NCBI RefSeq assembly: GCF_048976745.1
Contig: NZ_JBHGUU010000006.1
Coordinates: 1,519,395-1,551,394, forward strand
DNA length: 32,000 nt
Source: Paenibacillus sp.
Lineage (GTDB): Bacteria > Bacillota > Bacilli > Paenibacillales > Paenibacillaceae
Direction: 5' to 3'
The notes under the pieces were generated by a model that was given only the letters and a program-made list of their open reading frames with translations, did no database searches and had not been told where the DNA came from. The position numbers were made by a program, and so were the translations under genes. Below, one piece after another: positions 26,591 through 32,000 of this stretch. The stretch's first letter is position 1. The number at the start of each line of letters is the position of its first letter.

Positions 26591-26645
26591 AAAAAAACAG
26601 CCGGACCCGCTTCAATTCTTTCGAATTGGAGCGGGTCCGGCTTTG
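26591..26645. terminator. Strong bidirectional terminator between the HAD gene and the yjfB-like gene
   Basis: Perfect 13-bp stem AGCCGGACCCGCU / AGCGGGUCCGGCU (26599-26642) with an inner CAAUUC/GAAUUG pairing. A7 upstream and UUUG downstream. Confidence 0.9.
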
Positions 26646-26690
26646 CTTGCTGCAATGGGTGTTACATTAGAACACATGTTGTAATATCAA

Positions 26691-26873
26691 CTAAACCGAA
26701 AGATCGAGACTTCCACCCAGATTCGGATGAGGAGCCGGAAGTGACTTTAACATTTCCGTCATTTGCTGACCCTGCTGCTGTGCCATGTCTTTCGACATAG
26801 ACATCACTTTCAAGCTTGCCGACTGCATTACTGAAGCCTGGCTCATCGCCATTGATAATGCTGCAATATCCAT
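26691..26873 (-). CDS. yjfB: YjfB-family putative motility protein
   Basis: Start moved to MDIAALSMAMSQASVMQ.. (SD AAAGGAG 8 nt upstream). The 60-aa product matches the MDIAALSM.MSQ....Q....V.K.A.D...QQG..L..ML...P.HP.LG..ID family pattern. Confidence 0.8.
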   Translation of the reverse strand: MDIAALSMAMSQASVMQSASLKVMSMSKDMAQQQGQQMTEMLKSLPAPHPNLGGSLDLSV

Positions 26874-26918
26874 GCTCTGTACTCCTTTCTCTATCTTACT
26901 TATGGGCGTACTTATTAT

Positions 26919-26950
26919 ATATCGGTCAGTAAGGTTCAATTGTTGAAGAA
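26919..26950 (-). promoter_or_regulatory. Candidate sigmaD-type promoter of the yjfB-like gene
   Basis: On the minus strand, CCGATAT (26925-26919) matches the sigmaD -10 GCCGATAT. The -35 is a poor TAAA match (CAAC/TCAA, about 16 nt upstream). B. subtilis yjfB is a sigmaD-regulon gene, to my knowledge. Confidence 0.4.
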
Positions 26951-27031
26951 ATACACAAATCTACTTATATGTAAGCAGACTTCATCGGTTCTAGTTGATC
27001 TGTTAAACTCATGTGAGAGAGATGATCATGA

Positions 27032-27133
27032 ATGGAAAAAAAGTTTGTTGTCCTATTCACGCTACTATGTGGTGACTGTCTTGGAACTTTCGGTATATTT
27101 ATCTATTGGGTCCTGTCCGGGATTATGAAATAA
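27032..27133 (+). CDS. Hypothetical 33-aa hydrophobic peptide (MEKKFVVLFTLLCGDCLGTFGIFIYWVLSGIMK)
   Basis: My own translation, in a different frame from the track's 62-aa ORF. It has a single predicted TM helix and a weak purine-rich SD (GAGAGAG, about 10 nt upstream). Candidate promoter TTGAAG-N16/17-TTATAT(G) at 26943-26971. A terminator lies 13 nt after the stop. Confidence 0.35.
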   Translation: MEKKFVVLFTLLCGDCLGTFGIFIYWVLSGIMK

Positions 27134-27145
27134 ACAAATGCCAAA

Positions 27146-27174
27146 CAGGCAACTGCCCATCCGGGAGTTGCCTG
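27146..27174. terminator. Bidirectional terminator (Cof gene on minus strand; sORF on plus strand)
   Basis: Perfect 9-bp stem CAGGCAACU / AGUUGCCUG with an 11-nt loop. U-rich flank on the minus strand (UUUGGCAUUUGUUUAUUU) and a weaker U-rich flank on the plus strand. Confidence 0.75.
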
Positions 27175-27210
27175 ATTCATTTCACTTTATACACTCATAT
27201 ATAAGTTTAC

Positions 27211-28071
27211 TTACCCCTCAATCAATCCATACTTCACAAAACTATGATACAATCCATCTTCCTTAACGGTTCCCGTAATATCGTCGGCAATAGCTTTCAG
27301 ACCTGGCTTTGCATTGCCCATCGCAATGCCGACATTACAAAACTCCAGCATCTCGGCATCATTCATGCCATCCCCGATGGCGAATGTATCCTCCTGGGAC
27401 ATGCCCAGATGCTTCAGCAGATCGAAGATTGCAATCGCTTTGTGAATGCCAGGGATCATCAGCTCACCACTTCCTTCACCAAAGATCGGCACCGTGCACT
27501 GAATGACTTCGAATTTGCCTTCGAACTCCTGCTTGATTTGTTCAAACGGGATCACCGAGCTCTCCAAGAAACATACTTTGTTCACGTCATCCTTGTACAG
27601 GTCTGCCTCTCCATACGTCAATCCGGCAATAAACGGATGCGGTTTCAACTCCTTCTTCTCTCGGGCTACCGGATCATTCTCCACATCACCATAAATGCGG
27701 CGTTCCAGGTGAGGTTGAAGATTGCTACTCGCATACAATGCCGAATTGGATTCAAGGTAGAAGTCAATGCCATGTTCATTGAAGAAATCGACCATATGTC
27801 GAACATCTTCCGCTGTGACCCTTTTGTGATATAGCACGTCCTTACCAAACTCCACATAGCCCCCACCTGCACCGATCAGACCGTCAAATCCGACATCCCA
27901 GATCGAATCATAAATCTCCGCCTTGGAGCGACCCGTACATAAATAGAGCAGATGCCCATTCTCTCTGGCCTGTTTACATGCCTTCTGTGCTGACAACGGA
28001 ATATTTCCGTCATCATCTACCAAGGTACCGTCAATATCAATAAAAACAATTTTCTGCTTCATATCTTGCAT
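27211..28071 (-). CDS. Cof-type HAD-IIB family hydrolase (sugar phosphatase)
   Basis: FIDIDGTLVDD (motif I), LCTGRS, and GDGMNDAEML (motif IV). Start ambiguous (ATG at 28086, 28071 or 28062). I chose 28071 because GGGGG lies 8 nt upstream. Confidence 0.85.
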   Translation of the reverse strand: MQDMKQKIVFIDIDGTLVDDDGNIPLSAQKACKQARENGHLLYLCTGRSKAEIYDSIWDVGFDGLIGAGGGYVEFGKDVLYHKRVTAEDVRHMVDFFNEHGIDFYLESNSALYASSNLQPHLERRIYGDVENDPVAREKKELKPHPFIAGLTYGEADLYKDDVNKVCFLESSVIPFEQIKQEFEGKFEVIQCTVPIFGEGSGELMIPGIHKAIAIFDLLKHLGMSQEDTFAIGDGMNDAEMLEFCNVGIAMGNAKPGLKAIADDITGTVKEDGLYHSFVKYGLIEG

Positions 28072-28145
28072 TTGCCTAGCCCCCATTATGTATGTTGTCT
28101 ATGTCTAACCGAGCGAGTGCCGAGAGGCATTTTCCTTATACCAAA

Positions 28146-28528
28146 TTACCTATTCCATGCTGTTCGCTGATCGATCAACTTTTCCAAAAATCCAGCAAAA
28201 GAATCCGCGTATACTTCAGGTTCCCCATTAAAGTAATCCAAACGCATCACTTTATACTCTCCAAGGTGATCAGCCGTCTGCGTATCAAAGTAATAATATT
28301 CATCCTCGTCCGGTACAAACAGCTCCAGTTTCCCTTCCTTCTTGGCGTCTTCATCGGCAAGTCGGTATCTATATAAAATGTCAACATCTGTATACTCTCG
28401 GTGTTCTGAAGACGTAATCGTCAGAATTTCTGTTCCACTTCTACAATCCAGCTTTCTTGTACTTAATGATTCGGGAACCAGCGTATAGCCTCCGTATGCT
28501 CCAGTTTCTCAATCAGACTTGAATACAT
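28146..28528 (-). pseudogene. Frameshifted small gene, SMI1/KNR4 (SUKH)-like
   Basis: Minus-strand ATG at 28528 with SD GGGGGAG 9 nt upstream gives MYSSLIEKLEHTEAIRWFPNH-stop. A second frame with no start codon continues GYTLVPESLSTRKLDCRSGTEILTITSSEHREYTDVDILYRYRLADEDAKKEGKLELFVPDEDEYYYFDTQTADHLGEYKVMRLDYFNGEPEVYADSFAGFLEKLIDQRTAWNR-stop (28146). The 383-nt length is not a multiple of 3. A 1-nt indel near GAGGCTAT (about 28487) would restore a 127-aa protein. Confidence 0.55.
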
Positions 28529-28585
28529 GGATGGATCTCCCCCGTTACTATCAAAATGTTATTTTCCTTCAATACATTCCAATGG

Positions 28586-29119
28586 TCACTTACATGCCAA
28601 CTTGTCCATATGTACCGTTTGCCAATCGTCATCATCCTGCTCAGTAATAACCGTAAACCCTTGGCGTTTCCAGAAGTCTACGGCTCCTGGCAAAAAGCGA
28701 TGTGTATGCAGATACAGTGTCGTATAGTGCATGTCCTTCACCACATTCTCCAGTTCTTTTACCAGCATCGAACCGATGCCGTATCTGCGATACGCAGGAT
28801 CTACATAACATTTCACAATTTCGGCTGCAGACTCGGCAACATATCGACCGTCAACGGCTTCAATACGTCCATCATATGGTAATATCCCAATAGATCCGAC
28901 GATGCCAGCATCCCCCATCATTGCAACGAGAAAGATCGAACCATCGGAATCCAGATAATGTTCTCTGAACTGCTCGAAGTCGAGAGGTAATCTCGTATGA
29001 TCCAGCATCGGGAACACTTCTCTGCGTACACGCATGGCAAAATCAATAGCATCATCAATCTGGTGTACCTGAACTGGTGTTACTGTCAGTATATTCTGAA
29101 GTTGTGTCAATACATCCAC
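28586..29119 (-). CDS. GNAT family N-acetyltransferase
   Basis: Acetyl-CoA binding motif A in VDPAYRRYGIGSMLVKEL, with a C-terminal ..FWKRQGF. GTG start with AGAGGA 8 nt upstream. Confidence 0.85.
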   Translation of the reverse strand: MDVLTQLQNILTVTPVQVHQIDDAIDFAMRVRREVFPMLDHTRLPLDFEQFREHYLDSDGSIFLVAMMGDAGIVGSIGILPYDGRIEAVDGRYVAESAAEIVKCYVDPAYRRYGIGSMLVKELENVVKDMHYTTLYLHTHRFLPGAVDFWKRQGFTVITEQDDDDWQTVHMDKLACK

Positions 29120-29330
29120 ATTCCTTATCCTCTGTAATAGGAGCTCTTACTGGCCCTTCCTTGAATCATATTCCTGCCAGAGCGGCCCTCTTCCTCTCAT
29201 CTTACCGAATTTATCCCGTCCTATCAATCTATCTACACTACTAACCAAATTGAATAAGTGCCCTCGCAGTCTGATAGAGTTCGCATACGATAAGGCGTGT
29301 CACAATTCCATATTGGAGGGAGAAACACTC

Positions 29331-30491
29331 ATGTGGTTATGGTTAGGTGTTTTTGGTTTCATTTTGCTAACAATCATCGTGTTCGTGTATCGTTATCTGG
29401 ACCAACGTGCCGAGAGCAAGTTTCACCCTCATGCTCCCAAGCAGCTCTTAGTCAAATTCAAGAAAGGTACAACGGAGGATGAGATGCACACCCTTCACAA
29501 AAAAGGGAGATGTAAGGTCGCTGAGACTTATGAAGATTTAGGATGGTACCGTGTGGAATCCCGCAAAAAAATGCACCGGATCCTTAAACATTACAAAGAT
29601 CATGAGCTGATTGAACATGCTGAGCCGAATTACCTTGTTGAGGCATCCTTCATCCCTAATGATCCGTTCTTTCCTTACCAGTATAACCTGTCAAAAATTA
29701 ATACACCCGCCGCATGGGACATTACGCAAAGTAACAGCTCGGTCAAAATCGCCATCATCGATACCGGTGTACAGCTAAACCACCCTGAATTGGCTTCCAA
29801 GCTTCTCCCCGGTTATGATTATGTGGATTATGATAACATCCCTGAGGATGGGAACGGCCACGGCACCCATGTAGCCGGGATCGCTGCCTCCGTTACCAAC
29901 AATGGTGTGGGTATCGCAGGTGTTGCACCACTCGCATCCATCGTTCCGCTCCGGGTACTGGATAACAACGGGCAGGGAACGGTAGGGAATGTCGGTAACG
30001 GGCTTGTTTACGCTGCCAATAACGGTGTACAGGTTGTTAACCTGAGCCTCGGTGGTCCGATGGGAGATGCTTTCCTTCAAGCTGCCGTACAGTATGCTTG
30101 GGATCGGGGAGCCGTGATTATTGCCGCAGCCGGTAACGACAACACTTCATTTCCGATTGTACCCGCATCGTATCCCAACGTCATTGCTGTCGCTTCAACC
30201 AACCCCTCCGATCTCAAATCCAATTTCTCCAACTATGGTTCCTGGGTGGATATGGCTGCCCCGGGTGATACCATTCTATCCACATACCTGGGTGGTTCCT
30301 ATGCTTATCTTAGCGGAACCTCCATGGCTGCTCCTCATGTGGCTGGAGTGGCTGCACTTCTTGCTGCACGTGGGAAAACCAATGCCCAGATTCGGGATGC
30401 GCTTTGTTTTGCTTCTGATCCGGTATCCGGCTCCGGGATCTATTGGACGTATGGTCGACTGAATGCCTATCAGAGCTTGCAGGTCCCATAA
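29331..30491 (+). CDS. S8 family subtilisin-like serine peptidase with N-terminal membrane anchor and I9 propeptide
   Basis: Start moved to MWLWLGVFGFILLTIIVFVY (GGAGGGAG 7 nt upstream). Propeptide LLVKFKKGTTEDEM... Catalytic triad D (IAIIDTGV), H (GHGTHVAG), S (GTSMAAPHVAG). Confidence 0.92.
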   Translation: MWLWLGVFGFILLTIIVFVYRYLDQRAESKFHPHAPKQLLVKFKKGTTEDEMHTLHKKGRCKVAETYEDLGWYRVESRKKMHRILKHYKDHELIEHAEPNYLVEASFIPNDPFFPYQYNLSKINTPAAWDITQSNSSVKIAIIDTGVQLNHPELASKLLPGYDYVDYDNIPEDGNGHGTHVAGIAASVTNNGVGIAGVAPLASIVPLRVLDNNGQGTVGNVGNGLVYAANNGVQVVNLSLGGPMGDAFLQAAVQYAWDRGAVIIAAAGNDNTSFPIVPASYPNVIAVASTNPSDLKSNFSNYGSWVDMAAPGDTILSTYLGGSYAYLSGTSMAAPHVAGVAALLAARGKTNAQIRDALCFASDPVSGSGIYWTYGRLNAYQSLQVP

Positions 30492-30550
30492 TACACCTAC
30501 TATCGATCATAATTGTTCAATGTCATATCCTTACTATGTTAAGAATAAAA

Positions 30551-30587
30551 AACGAAGGGGCATCTGTATGTGAGATGCTCCTTCGTT
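30551..30587. terminator. Bidirectional terminator between the S8 peptidase and RidA genes
   Basis: AACGAAGGGGCAUCU-loop-AGAUGCUCCUUCGUU (15 bp, one G.U). A-run upstream and U-rich downstream. Confidence 0.85.
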
Positions 30588-30606
30588 CGTTAAAACGTAT
30601 TCCTTG

Positions 30607-31005
30607 TTAAACTTTTGCCGCCCAAAGCTCTATTTCAATTTTAATCTCTGGTAGACCTAACTCCGTAATATATCCAATCGTCATTGCAGGATACTCCGTA
30701 CCGAATAGTTGTCCCCACTCGGCATATAAGAAATCCCAATCGATTTTCTCGGTTGCCCAGACGTTCACTTTGATAATATGTTCAGCATCTAAATGCTCCG
30801 ATTCGAGCACTGTTTTAATATTATTAAATGTATTGGTAACTTGCTCATTCAGACTTTCTGGAAAGAGTCCACTGCGATCTGCTCCAATTTGACCCGAAGT
30901 CACAAATAACTCTGCATTCCTCGGGATTCTTGTAATATGCGTGTACTGACCTACAGGAGCCGGCATATTTGTTGGATTTTTTCTAGTAATTTTGTCCATA
31001 TTCAT
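30607..31005 (-). CDS. RidA (YjgF/YER057c/UK114) family protein
   Basis: 132 aa with a RidA-like pattern (P.GQY.H......L...SGQIG ... I.KV.VW .... IEIE..A). SD GAGGT 9 nt upstream. Confidence 0.85.
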   Translation of the reverse strand: MNMDKITRKNPTNMPAPVGQYTHITRIPRNAELFVTSGQIGADRSGLFPESLNEQVTNTFNNIKTVLESEHLDAEHIIKVNVWATEKIDWDFLYAEWGQLFGTEYPAMTIGYITELGLPEIKIEIELWAAKV

Positions 31006-31094
31006 TTGTAATACCTCGTCATTTCCTAAGATTTTTCTGCGTTATTTCCTAGTTTTCTTCCGATTTTGGGCAGACTTCACCCTTGGAATAGATT

Positions 31095-31160
31095 CTAGAA
31101 AAAGACAGCAGTGGAGTATCCATATCCCGAAGATATAAACGCAAGTGATTTTTTCTTCAT
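31095..31160 (-). CDS. Possible 21-aa sORF (MKKKSLAFISSGYGYSTAVFF) with a strong SD
   Basis: GGGAGGAG 9 nt upstream of the ATG at 31160, and a TAG stop at 31097-31095. There is no family resemblance. It lies between the GH1 terminator and the RidA gene. Confidence 0.25.
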   Translation of the reverse strand: MKKKSLAFISSGYGYSTAVFF

Positions 31161-31261
31161 GAGTGGATGCTCCTCCCTTCTTAAGTGACAAGATTATCTT
31201 GATTTTTATTATATCCAAAACCCACATTATGGGTCAACTTCATCCCCTCATAAACAAAGAG

Positions 31262-31293
31262 CAATCTCGTAATAACGAGACTGCCCTTTATCT
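31262..31293 (-). terminator. Terminator downstream of the GH1 gene
   Basis: Minus strand: GCAGUCUCGU-uauu-ACGAGAUUGC (one G.U) followed by UCUUUGUUU. Confidence 0.65.
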
Positions 31294-31318
31294 ATTCTAC
31301 AACGCAGAACACCTTGTA

Positions 31319-32000
<682 letters not shown>

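Noticed and set aside
26940-27128. 62-aa plus-strand ORF from the track (non-ATG start)
   Set aside because: The alternative-frame 33-aa ATG-initiated hydrophobic ORF (27032-27133) ends right at the terminator and looks more like a real small membrane peptide. Even that one is called only at low confidence.
28092-28376. 94-aa plus-strand ORF between the Cof and GNAT genes
   Set aside because: The sequence is not protein-like and there is no SD. The minus strand here carries the two frames of a frameshifted SUKH-like gene, which explains the region better.

Overview
This looks like a chromosomal segment from a spore-forming Firmicute, most likely Paenibacillus; that call is an inference from cotE, the tyrS T-box, about 48-50% GC and overall gene content. 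I saw no rRNA, tRNA, CRISPR array, transposase or phage gene. About 33 protein genes can be supported. In window order they are: cotE (partial); an ArAE/UPF0421 exporter; a NitT/TauT-type ABC importer with an NMT1/THI5-like lipoprotein; an M32 carboxypeptidase; a beta-carbonic anhydrase; PadR with a Gly/Met-rich membrane protein and a DUF2653-like protein; tyrS behind a Tyr T-box leader; two small immunity-like genes (Imm63-like and DUF4375/DMP19-like); selO; a PbuX-like NCS2 permease; a TetR-Dabb-NRDE(TANGO2-like) operon divergent from an Old Yellow Enzyme gene; AraC overlapping an EamA transporter; an RluF-like pseudouridine synthase; a DUF1963/YwqG-like gene; a four-gene cluster of GlcP-like MFS, class-III aminotransferase, Zn-dehydrogenase and HAD phosphatase; yjfB-like; a Cof-type HAD; a frameshifted SUKH-like pseudogene; GNAT; an S8 protease; RidA; and a partial GH1 6-phospho-beta-glucosidase. 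I corrected many ORF-track starts using Shine-Dalgarno (SD) spacing. The best candidate system is the 22.0-26.5 kb cluster. Its enzyme logic matches azasugar (gabT1/yktc1/gutB1-type) biosynthesis, but the gene order differs and the phosphatase family is non-orthologous. Secondary leads are orphan immunity-type genes, a 33-aa hydrophobic sORF with its own promoter and terminator, a PbuX gene with a long leader and no recognisable purine riboswitch, and several unexplained inverted repeats and strand-specific hairpins. All family assignments rest on motif recognition and memory, not on searches.
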